A DNA stretch of 64,000 nt, from assembly GCA_964016885.1 (NCBI GenBank), contig CAXHJY010001477.1:682001-746000 (forward strand), given 5' to 3'. Each line of letters starts with the position of its first letter. The stretch's first letter is position 1. The notes under the pieces are model-generated. The model was not told the DNA's origin. It saw only the letters and a program-made list of their open reading frames with translations, and ran no database searches. A program made the position numbers and the translations under genes. Of the stretch, positions 28,001 to 41,200 are shown one piece after another. The DNA is from Eledone cirrhosa. Its lineage: Eukaryota.

Positions 28001-30540
28001 CCTGCTATTGAAGTTGAGGAAGAGACACTACCTCCAACTTAGATGACAGAAGGACCTGCTATTGTAGTTGTGGAAGAGACACTACCTCCAACTTAGATGA
28101 CAGAAGGACCTGCTATTGTAGGTGAGGAAGAGACACTACCTCCAACTTAGATGACAGAAGGACCTGCTATTGAAGTTGAGAAAGAGACACTACCTCCAAC
28201 TTAGATGACAGAAGGACCTGCTATTGAAGTTGAGGAAGAGACACTACCTCCACCTTAGATGACAGAAGGACCTGTTATTGAAGTTGAGAAAGAGACACTA
28301 CCTCCAACTTACATGACAGAAGGACTATTGAAGGTGAGGAAGAGACACTACCTCCAACTTAGATGACAGAAGGACCTGCTATTGTAGGTGAGGAAGAGAC
28401 ACTACCTCCAACTTAGATGACAGAAGGACCTGCTATTGAAGTTGAGAAAGAGACACTACCTCCAACTTAGATGACAGAAGGACCTGCTATTGAAGTTGAG
28501 GAAGAGACACTACCTCCAACTTAGATGACAGAAGGACCTGCTATTGAAGTTGAGAAAGAGACACTACCTCCAACTTAGATGACAGAAGGACCTTCTATTG
28601 AAGTTGAAGAAGAGACACTACCTCCAACTTAGATGACAGAAGGACCTGCTATTGAAGTTGAGGAAGAGACACTACCTACAACTTAGATGACAGAAGGACC
28701 TGCTATTGAAGTTGAGGAAGAGACACTACCTCCAACTTAGATGACAGAAGGACCTTCTATTGTAGTTGTGGAAGAGACACTACCTCCAACTTAGATGACA
28801 GAAGGACCTGCTATTGTAGGTGAGGAAGAGACACTACCTCCAACTTAGATGACAGAAGGACCTGCTATTGAAGTTGAGAAAGAGACACTACCTCCAACTT
28901 AGATGACAGAAGGACCTGCTATTGAAGTTGAGGAAGAGACACTACCTCCACCTTAGATGACAGAAGGACCTGCTATTGAAGTTGAGAAAGAGACACTACC
29001 TCCAACTTAGATGACAGAAGGACCTGCTATTGAAGTTGAGGAAGAGACACTACCTCCAACTTAGATGACAGAAGGACCTGCTATTGAAGTTGAGAAAGAG
29101 ACACTACCTCCAACTTAGATGACAGAAGGACCTTCTATTGAAGTTGAAGAAGAGACACTACCTCCAACTTAGATGACAGAAGGACCTGCTATTGAAGTTG
29201 AGGAAGAGACACTACCTACAACTTAGATGACAGAAGGACCTGCTATTGAAGTTGAGGAAGAGACACTACCTCCAACTTAGATGACAGAAGGACCTGCTAT
29301 TGTAGTTGTGGAAGAGACACTACCTCCAACTTAGATGACAGAAGGACCTGCTATTGTAGGTGAGGAAGAGACACTACCTCCAACTTAGATGACAGAAGGA
29401 CCTGCTATTGAAGTTGAGAAAGAGACACTACCTCCAACTTAGATGACAGAAGGACCTGCTATTGAAGTTGAGGAAGAGACACTACCTCCACCTTAGATGA
29501 CAGAAGGACCTGCTATTGAAGTTGAGAAAGAGACACTACCTCCAACTTAGATGACAGAAGGACTATTGAAGTTGAGGAAGAGACACTACCTCCAACTTAG
29601 ATGACAGAAGGACCTGCTATTGAAGTTGAGAAAGAGACACTACCTCCAACTTAGATGACAGAAGGACTATTGAAGGTGAGGAAGAGACACTACCTCCAAC
29701 TTAGATGACAGAAGGACCTGCTATTGAAGTTGAGGAAGAGATACTAACTCCAACTTAGATGACAGAAGGACTATTGAAGGTGAGGAAGAGACACTACCTC
29801 CAACTTAGATGACAGAAGGACCTGCTATTGAAGTTGAGGAAGAGACACTACCTCCAACTTAGATGACAGAAGGACCTGCTATTGTAGGTGAGGAAGAGAC
29901 ACTACCTCCAACTTAGATGACAGAAGGACCTGCTATTGAAGTTGAGAAAGAGACACTACCTCCAACTTAGATGACAGAAGGACCTTCTATTGAAGTTGAA
30001 GAAGAGACACTACCTCCAACTTAGATGACAGAAGGACCTGCTATTGAAGTTGAGGAAGAGACACTACCTACAACTTAGATGACAGAAGGACCTGCTATTG
30101 AAGTTGAGGAAGAGACACTACCTCCAACTTAGATGACAGAAGGACCTGCTATTGTAGTTGTGGAAGAGACACTACCTCCAACTTAGATGACAGAAGGACC
30201 TGCTATTGTAGGTGAGGAAGAGACACTACCTCCAACTTAGATGACAGAAGGACCTGCTATTGAAGTTGAGAAAGAGACACTACCTCCAACTTAGATGACA
30301 GAAGGACCTGCTATTGAAGTTGAGGAAGAGACACTACCTCCACCTTAGATGACAGAAGGACCTGCTATTGAAGTTGAGAAAGAGACACTACCTCCAACTT
30401 AGATGACAGAAGGACTATTGAAGTTGAGGAAGAGACACTACCTCCAACTTAGATGACAGAAGGACCTGCTATTGAAGTTGAGAAAGAGACACTACCTCCA
30501 ACTTAGATGACAGAAGGACTATTGAAGGTGAGGAAGAGAC
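25030..30540 (+). repeat. Zone of short higher-order units (852 bp = 16 monomers; 540 bp = 10 monomers)
   Basis: Marker CCTTCTATTGAAGTTGAAGA at 25071, 25923, 28591, 29131 and 29983 gives spacings of 852, 540 and 852 within the two clusters. Each is followed by TACAAC, GTTGTGG, GTAGGTG and CCACCTT monomers. Confidence 0.75.
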
Positions 30541-33500
30541 ACTACCTCCAACTTAGATGACAGAAGGACCTGCTATTGAAGTTGAGGAAGAGATACTAAC
30601 TCCAACTTAGATGACAGAAGGACTATTGAAGGTGAGGAAGAGACACTACCTCCAACTTAAATGACAGAAGGACCTGCTATTGAAGTTGAGGAAGAGACAC
30701 TACCTCCAACTTAGATGACAGAAGGACCTGCTATTGAAGTTGAGGAAGAGACACTACCTCTAACTTAGATGACAGAAGGACCTGCTATTGAAGTTGAGGA
30801 AGAGACACTACCTCTAACTTAGATGACAGAAGGACGTGCTATTGTAGTTGAGGAAGAGACACTACCTCCAACTTAGATGACAGAAGGACTATTGAACTTA
30901 AGGAAGAGACACTACCTCTAACTTAGATGACAGAAGGACGTGCTATTGAAGTTGAGGAAGAGACACTACCTCCAACTTAGATGACAGAAGGACCTGCTAT
31001 TGAAGTTGAGGAAGAGACACTACCTCCAACTTAGATGACAGATGGACTATTGTAGTTGAGGAAGAGACACTACCTCCAACTTAGATGACAGAAGGACGTG
31101 CTATTGAAGTTGAGGAAGAGACACTACCTCCAACTTAGATGACAGAAGGAGCTGCTATTGAAGTTGAGGAAGAGACACTACCTCCAACTTAGATGACAGA
31201 AGGACCTGCTATTGAAGTTGAGGAAGAGACACTACCTCCAACTTAGATGACAGAAGGACCTGCTATTGTAGTTGAGGAAGAGACACTACCTCCAACTTAG
31301 ATGACAGAAGGACGTGCTATTGTAGTTGAGGAAGAGACACTACCTCCAACTTAGATGACAGAAGGACCTGCTATTGAACTTGAGGAAGAGACACTACCCC
31401 CAACTTAGATGACAGAAGGACGTGCTATTGAAGTTGAGGAAGAGACACTACCTCCAACTTAGATGACAGAAGGACGTGCTATTGAAGTTGAGGAAGAGAC
31501 ACTACCTCCAACTTAGATGACAGAAGGACGTGCTATTGAAGTTGAGGAAGAGACACTACCTCCAACTTAGATGACAGAAGGACGTGCTATTGAAGTTGAG
31601 GAAGAGACACTACCTCCAACTTAGATGACAGAAGGACCTGCTATTGTAGTTGAGGAAGAGACACTACCTCCAACTTAGATGACGGAAGGACGTGCTATTG
31701 TAGTTGAGGAAGAGACACTACCTCTAACTTAGATGACAGAAGGACCTGCTATTGAAGTTGAGGAAGAGACACTACCTCCAACTTAGATGACAGAAGGACC
31801 TGCTATTGAAGTTGAGGAAGAGACACTACCTCCAACTTAGATGACAGAAGGACCTGCTATTGAACTTGAGGAAGAGACACTACCCCCAACTTAGATGACA
31901 GAAGGACTATTGAACTTAAGGAAGAGACACTACCTCCAACTTAGATTACAGAAGGACCTTCTATTGAAGTTGAGGAAGAGACACTACCTCCAACTTAGAT
32001 TACAGAAGGACCTGCTATTGTAGATGAGGAAGAGACACTACCTCCAACTTAGATGACAGAAGGACCTGCTATTGAAGTTGAGGAATAGACACTACCTCCA
32101 ACTTAGATGACAGAATGACCTGTTATTGAAGTTGAGGAAGAGACACTACCTCCAACTTAGCTGAAAGAAGGACCTGCTATTGAAGTTGAGGAAGAGAAAC
32201 AACCTCCAACTTAGATGACAGAAGGACCTGCTATTGAAGGTGAGGAAGAGACACTACCTCTAACTTAGATGACAGAAGGACATGCTATTGAAGTTGAGGA
32301 AGAGACACTACCTCCAACTTAGATGACAGAAGGACTATTGAACTTAAGGAAGAGACACTACCTCCAACTTAGATTACAGAAGGACCTTCTATTGTAGATG
32401 AGGAAGAGACACTACCTCCAACTTAGATGACAGAAGGACCTGCTATTGAAGTTGAGGAAGAGACACTACCTCCAACTTAGATGACAGAAGGACCTGCTAT
32501 TGAAGTTGATGAAGAGACACTACCTCCAACTTAGATGACAGAAGGACCTGCTATTGTAGTTGAGGAAGAGACACTACCTACAACTTAGATGACAGAAGGA
32601 CCTGCGATTGTAGTTGAGGAAGAGACACTACCTCCAACTTAGATGACAGAAGGACCTGCTATTGAAGGTGAGGAAGAGACACTACCTCCAACTTAGATGA
32701 CAGAAGGACCTGCTATTGTAGTTGAGGAAGAGACACTACCTCCAACTTAGATGACAGAAGGATCTGCTATTGTAGTTGAGGAAGAGACACTACCTCCAAC
32801 TTAGATCACAGAAGGACCTGCTATTGTAGTTGAGGAAGAGACACTACCTCCAACTTAGATGACAGAAGGACTATTGAAGTTGCGGAAGAGACACTACCTC
32901 TAACTTAGATGACAGAAGGACTATTGAAGATGAGGAAGAGACACTACCTCCAACTTAGATGACAGAAGGACCTGCTATTGTAGTTGAGGAAGAGACACTA
33001 CCTCCAACTTAGATGACAGAAGGACCTGCTATTGAAGTTGAGGAAGAGACACTACCTCCAACTTAGATGACAGAAGGACCTGCTATTGTAGTTGAGGAAG
33101 AGACACTACCTCCAACTTACATGACAGAAGGACCTGCTATTGAAGTCGAGGAAGAGACACTACCTCCAACTTAGATGACAGAAGGACTATTGAAGTTGAG
33201 GAAGAGACACTACCTCCAACTTAGATGACAGAAGGACTAATGAAGGTGAGGAAGAGACACTACCTCCAACTTAGATGACAGAAGGACCTGCTATTGAAGT
33301 TGAGGAAGAGACACTACCTCCAACTTAGATGACAGAAGGACCTGTTATTGAAGTTGATGAAGAGACACTACCTCCAACTTAGATGAAAGAAGGACCTGCT
33401 ATTGAAGTTGAGGAAGAGACACTACCTCCAACTCAGATGACAGAAGGACCTGCTATTGAAGTTGAGGAAGAGACACTACCTCCAACTTAGATGAGAGAAG

Positions 33501-36500
33501 GACCTGCTATTGAAGGTGAGGAAAAGACACTACCTCCAACTTAGATGATAGAAGGACCTGCTATTGAAGTTGAGAAAGAGAGACTACCTCTAACTTAGAT
33601 GACAGAAGGACCTGCTATTGTAGTTGAGGAAGAGACACTACTTCCAACTTAGATGACAGAAGGACCTGCTATTGAAGGTGAGGAAGAGACACTACCTCTA
33701 ACTTAGATGACAGAAGGACCTGCTATTGAAGTTGAGGAAGAGACACTACCTCCAACTTAGATGACAGAAGGACCTGCTATTGAAGTTGAGGAAGAGACAC
33801 TACCTCCAACTTAGATGACAGAAGGACCTGCTATTGAACTTGAGGAAGAGACACTACCCCCAACTTAGATGACAGAAGGACTATTGAACTTAAGGAAGAG
33901 ACACTACCTCCAACTTAGATTACAGAAGGACCTTCTATTGAAGTTGAGGAAGAGACACTACCTCCAACTTAGATTACAGAAGGACCTGCTATTGTAGATG
34001 AGGAAGAGACACTACCTCCAACTTAGATGACAGAAGGACCTGCTATTGAAGTTGAGGAAGAGACACTACCTCCAACTTAGATGACAGAAGGACCTGCTAT
34101 TGAACTTGAGGAAGAGACACTACCCCCAACTTAGAGGACAGAAGGACTATTGAACTTAAGGAAGAGACACTACCTCCAACTTAGTTTACAGAAGGACCTT
34201 CTATCGAAGTTGAGGAAGAGACACTACCTCCAACATAGATGACAGAAGGACCTGCTATTGTAGATGAGGAAGAGACACTACCTCCAACTTAGATGACAGA
34301 AGGACCTGCTATTGAAGTTGAGGAAGAGACACTACCTCCAACTTAGATGACAGAAGGACCTGCTATTGAAGTTGAGGAAGAGACACTACCTCCAACTTAG
34401 ATGACAGAAGGACCTGCAATTGAAGTTGAGAAAGAGACACTACCTCCAACTTAGATGACAGATGGACTATTGAAGGTGAGGAAGAGACACTACCTCCAAC
34501 TTAGATCACAGAAGGACCTGCTATTGAAGGTGAGGAAGAGACACTACCTCCAGCTTAGATGATAGAAGGACCTGCTATTGAAGTTGAGAAAGAGACAGTA
34601 CCTCTAACTTAGATGACAGAAGGACCTGCTATTGTAGTTGAGGAAGAGACACTACCTCCAACTTAGATGACAGAAGGACCTGCTATTGAAGGTGAGGAAG
34701 AGACACTACCTCTAACTTAGATGACAGAAGGACCTGCTATTGAAGTTGAGGAAGAGACACTACCTCTAACTTAGATGACAGAAGGACCTGCTATTGAAGT
34801 TGAGGAAGAGACACTACCTCAAACTTAGATGACAGAAGGACTATTGAACTTAAGGAAGAGACACTACCTCCAACTTAGATTACAGAAGGACCTTCTATTG
34901 AAGTTGAGGAAGAGACACTACCTCCAACTTAGATGACAGAAGGACCTGCTATTGAAGTTGAGGAAGAGACACTACCTACAACTTAGATGACAGAAGGACC
35001 TGCTATTGAAGTTGAGGAAGAGACACTACCTCTAACTTAGATGACAGAAGGACCTGCTATTGAAGTTGAGGAAGAGACACTACCTCCAACTTAGATGACA
35101 GAAGGACCTGCTATTGTAGTTGTGGAAGAGACACTACCTCCAACTTAGATGACAGAAGGACCTGCTATTGTAGGTGAGGAAGAGACACTACCTCCAACTT
35201 AGATGACAGAAGGACCTGCTATTGAAGTTGAGAAAGAGACACTACCTCCAACTTAGATGACAGAAGGACCTGCTATTGAAGTTGAGGAAGAGACACTACC
35301 TCCACCTTAGATGACAGAAGGACCTGTTATTGAAGTTGAGAAAGAGACACTACCTCCAACTTACATGACAGAAGGACTATTGAAGGTGAGGAAGAGACAC
35401 TACCTCCAACTTAGATGACAGAAGGACCTGCTATTGTAGGTGAGGAAGAGACACTACCTCCAACTTAGATGACAGAAGGACCTGCTATTGAAGTTGAGAA
35501 GGAGACACTACCTCCAACTTAGATGACAGAAGGACCTGCTATTGAAGTTGAGGAAGAGACACTACCTCCAACTTAGATGACAGAAGGACCTGCTATTGAA
35601 GTTGAGGAAGAGACACTACCTCCAACTTAGATGACAGAAGGACTATTGAAGGTGAGGAAGAGACACTACCTCCAACTTAGATGACAGAAGGACCTTTTAT
35701 AAGGTGAGGAAGAGACACTACCTCCAACTTAGATGACAGAAGGACTTGCTATTGTAGGTGAGGAAGAGACACTACCTCCAACTTAGATGACAGAAGGACC
35801 TGCAATTGAAGTTGAGGAAGAGACACTACCTCTAACTTAAATGACAGAAGGACCTGCTATTGAAGTTGAGGAAGAGAGACTACCTCCAGCTTAGATGAAA
35901 GAAGGACTATTGAACTTGAGGAAGAGACACTACCTCTAACTTAGATGACAGAAGGACCTGCTATTGAAGTTGAGGAAGAGACACTACCTCCAACTTAGAT
36001 GACAGAAGGACCTGCTATTGAAGTTGAGGAAGAGACACTACCTCCAACTTAGATGACAGAAGGACCTGCTATTGAAGTTGAGGAAGAGACACTACCTCCA
36101 ACTTAGATGACAGAATGACCTGCTATTGAAGTTGAGGAAGAGACACTACCTCTAACTAAGATGACAGAAGGACTTGCTATTGAAGTTGAGGAAGAGACAC
36201 TATCTCTAACTTAGATGAAAGAAGGACCTGCTATTGTAGGTGAGGAAGAGACACTACCTACAACTTAGATGACAGAAGGACCTGCTATTGTAGTTGAGGA
36301 AGAGACACTACCTCCAACTTAGATGATAGAAGGACCTGCTATTGTAGTTGAGGAAGAGACACTACCTCCAACTTAGATGACAGAAGGACCTGCTATTGAA
36401 GTTGAGGAAGAGACACTACCTCCAACTTAGATGATAGAAGGACCTGCTACCGTAGTTGAGGAAGAGACACTACCTCCAACTTAGATGACAGAAGGACCTG

Positions 36501-38280
36501 CTATTGTAGTTGACGAAGAGACACTACCTCCAACTTAGATGATAGAAGGACCTGCTATCGTAGTTGAGGAAGAGACACTACCTCCAACTTAGATGACAGA
36601 AGGACCTGCTATTGTAGGTGAGGAAGAGACACTACCTCTAACTTAGATGACAGAAGGACCTGCTATTGTAGTTGAGGAAGAGACACTACCTCCAACTTAG
36701 ATGACAGAAGGACTATTGAAGGTGAGGAAGAGACACTACCTCCAACTTAGATGACAGAAGGACCTGCTATTGAAGTTGAGAAAGAGACACTACCTCCAAC
36801 TTAGATGACAGAAGGACTATTGAAGTTGAGGAAGAGACACTACCTCCAACTTAGATGACAGAAGGACCTGCTATTGAAGTTGAGAAAGAGACACTACCTC
36901 CAACTTAGATGACAGAAGGACTATTGAAGTTGAGGAAGAGACACTACCTCCAACTTAGATGACAGAAGGACCTGCTATTGAAGTTGAGAAAGAGACACTA
37001 CCTCCAACTTAGATGACAGAAGGACTATTGAAGGTGAGGAAGAGACACTACCTCCAACTTAGATGACAGAAGGACCTGCTATTGAAGTTGAGGAAGAGAT
37101 ACTAACTCCAACTTAGATGACAGAAGGACTATTGAAGGTGAGGAAGAGACACTACCTCCAACTTAGATGACAGAAGGACTATTGAAGGTGAGGAAGAGAC
37201 ACTACCTCCAACTTAGATGACAGAAGGACCTGCTATTGAAGTTGAGGAAGAGACACTACCTCCAACTTAGATGACAGAAGGACTATTGAAGGTGAGGAAG
37301 AGACACTACCTCCAACTTAGATTACAGAAGGACCTGCTATTGTAGTTGAGGGAGAGACACTACCTCCAACTTAGATGACAGAAGGACGTGCTATTGTAGT
37401 TGAGGAAGAGACACTACCTCTAACTTAGATGACAGAAGGACCTGCTATTGAAGTTGAGGAAGAGACACTACCTCCAACTCAGATGACAGAAGGACGTGCT
37501 ATTGTAGTTGAGGAAGAGACACTACCTCCAACTTAGATGACAGAAGGACGTGCTATTGTAGTTGAGGAAGAGACACTACCTCTAACTTAGATGACAGAAG
37601 GACCTGCTATTGAAGTTGAGGAAGAGACACTACCTCCAACTCAGATGACAGAAGGACCTGCTATTGAAGTTGAGGAAGAGACACTACCTCCAACTTAGAT
37701 GACAGAAGGACGTGCTATTGTAGTTGAGGAAGAGACACTACCTCCAACTTAGATGACAGAAGGACGTGCTATTGTAGTTGAGGAAGAGACACTACCTCCA
37801 ACTTAGATGACAGAAGGACGTGCTATTGTAGTTGAGGAAGAGACACGACCTCCAACTTAGATGATAGAAGGACCTGCTATTGAAGGTGAGGAAGAGACAC
37901 TACCTCCAACTTAGATGACAGAAGGACCTGCTATTGTAGTTGAGGAAGAGACACTACCTCCAACTTAGATGACAGAAGGACCTGCTATTGAAGTTGAGGA
38001 AGAGAGACTACCTCTAACTTAGATGACAGAAGGACCTGCTATTGAAGTTGAGGAAGAGACACTACCTCCAACTTAGATGACAGAAGGACCTGCTATTGTA
38101 GTTGAGGAAGAGACACTACCTCCAACTTAGATGACAGAAGGACCTGCTATTGAAGTTGAGGAAGAGACACTACCTACAACTTAGATGACAGAAGGACTAT
38201 TGAAGGTGAGGAAGAGACACTACCTCCAACTTAGATGACAGAAGGACCTGCTATTGAAGTTGAGGAAGAGATACTAACTC

Positions 38281-41200
38281 CAACTTAGATGACAGAAGGA
38301 CTATTGAAGGTGAGGAAGAGACACTACCTCCAACTTAGATGACAGAAGGACCTGCTATTGAAGTTGAGGAAGAGACACTACCTCCAACTTAGATGACAGA
38401 AGGACCTGCTATTGAAGTTGAGGAAGAGACACTACCTCTAACTTAGATGACAGAAGGACCTGCTATTGAAGTTGAGGAAGAGACACTACCTGTAACTTAG
38501 ATGACAGAAGGACCTGCTATTGTAGTTGAGGAAGAGACACTACCTCCAACTTAGATGACAGAAGGACTATTGAAGTTGCGGAAGAGACACTACCTCTAAC
38601 TTAGATGACAGAAGGACTATTGAAGATGAGGAAGAGACACTACCTCCAACTTAGATGACAGAAGGACCTGCTATTGTAGTTGAGGAAGAGACACTACCTC
38701 CAACTTAGATGACAGAAGGACCTGCTATTGTAGTTGAGGAAGAGACACTACCTCCAACTTACATGACAGAAGGACCTGCTATTGAAGTCGAGGAAGAGAC
38801 ACTACCTCCAACTTAGATGACAGAAGGACTATTGAAGTTGAGGAAGAGACACTACTTCCAACTTAGATGACAGAAAGACTAATGAAGGTGAGGAAGAGAC
38901 ACTACCTCCAACTTAGATGACAGAAGGACCTGCTATTGAAGTTGAGGAAGAGACACTACCTCCAACTTAGATGACAGAAGGACCTGTTATTGAAGTTGAG
39001 GAAGAGACACTACCTCCAACTTAGATGAAAGAAGGACCTGCTATTGAAGTTGAGGAAGAGACACTACCTCCAACTCAGATGACAGAAGGACCTGCTATTG
39101 AAGTTGAGGAAGAGACACTACCTCCAACTTAGATGAAAAAAGGACATGCTATTGAAGGTGAGGAAAAGACACTACCTCCAACTTAGATGATAGAAGGACC
39201 TGCTATTGAAGTTGAGAAAGAGACACTACCTCTAACTTAGATGACAGAAGGACCTGCTATTGTAGTTGAGGAAGAGACACTACTTCCAACTTAGATGACA
39301 GAAGGACCTGCTATTGAAGGTGAGGAAGAGACACTACCTCTAACTTAGATGACAGAAGGACCTGCTATTGAAGTTGAGGAAGAGACACTACCTCCAACTT
39401 AGATGACAGAAGGACCTGCTATTGAAGTTGAGGAAGAGACACTACCTCCAACTTAGATGACAGAAGGACCTGCTATTGAACTTGAGGAAGAGACACTACC
39501 CCCAACTTAGATGACAGAAGGACTATTGAACTTAAGGAAGAGACACTACCTCCAACTTAGATTACAGAAGGACCTTCTATTGAAGTTGAGGAAGAGACAC
39601 TACCTCCAACTTAGATGACAGAAGGACCTGCTATTGAAGTTGAGGAAGAGACACTACCTCCAACTTAGATGACAGAAGGACCTGCTATTGAACTTGAGGA
39701 AGAGACACTACCCCCAACTTAGAGGACAGAAGGACTATTGAACTTAAGGAAGAGACACTACCTCCAACTTAGTTTACAGAAGGACCTTCTATCGAAGTTG
39801 AGGAAGAGACACTACCTCCAACTTAGATGACAGAAGGACCTGCTATTGTAGATGAGGAAGAGACACTACCTCCAACTTAGATGACAGAAGGACCTGCTAT
39901 TGAAGTTGAGGAAGAGACACTACCTCCAACTTAGATGACAGAAGGACCTGCTATTGAAGTTGAGGAAGAGACACTACCTCCAACTTAGATGACAGAAGGA
40001 CCTGCTATTGAAGTTGAGAAAGAGACACTACCTCCATCTTAGATGACAGAAGGACTATTGAAGTTGAGAAAGAGACACTACCTCCAACTTAGATGACAGA
40101 AGGACTATTGAAGGTGAGGAAGAGACACTACCTCCAACTTAGATCACAGAAGGACCTGCTATTGAAGGTGAGGAAGAGACACTACCTCCAGCTTAGATGA
40201 TAGAAGGACCTGCTATTGAAGTTGAGAAAGAGACAGTACCTCTAACTTAGATGACAGAAGGACCTGCTATTGTAGTTGAGGAAGAGACACTACCTCCAAC
40301 TTAGATGACAGAAGGACCTGCTATTGAAGGTGAGGAAGAGACACTACCTCTAACTTAGATGACAGAAGGACCTGCTATTGAAGTTGAGGAAGAGACACTA
40401 CCTCAAACTTAGATGACAGAAGGACTATTGAACTTAAGGAAGAGACACTACCTCCAACTTAGATTACAGAAGGACCTTCTATTGAAGTTGAAGAAGAGAC
40501 ACTACCTCCAACTTAGATGACAGAAGGACCTGCTATTGAAGTTGAGGAAGAGACACTACCTACAACTTAGATGACAGAAGGACCTGCTATTGAAGTTGAG
40601 GAAGAGACACTACCTCCAACTTAGATGACAGAAGGACCTGCTATTGTAGTTGTGGAAGAGACACTACCTCCAACTTAGATGACACAAGGACCTGCTATTG
40701 TAGGTGAGGAAGAGACACTACCTCCAACTTAGATGACAGAAGGACCTGCTATTGAAGTTGAGAAAGAGACACTACCTCCAACTTAGATGACAGAAGGACC
40801 TGCTATTGAAGTTGAGGAAGAGACACTACCTCCACCTTAGATGACAGAAGGACCTGCTATTGAAGTTGAGAAAGAGACACTACCTCCAACTTAGATGACA
40901 GAAGGACTATTGAAGTTGAGGAAGAGACACTACCTCCAACTTAGATGACAGAAGGACCTGCTATTGAAGTTGAGAAAGAGACACTACCTCCAACTTAGAT
41001 GACAGAAGGACTATTGAAGGTGAGGAATAGACACTACCTCCAACTTAGATGACAGAAGGACCTGCTATTGAAGTTGAGGAAGAGATACTAACTCCAACTT
41101 AGATGACAGAAGGACTATTGAAGGTGAGGAAGAGACACTACCTCCAACTTAGATGACAGAAGGACCTGCTATTGAAGTTGAGGAAGAGACACTACCTCCA

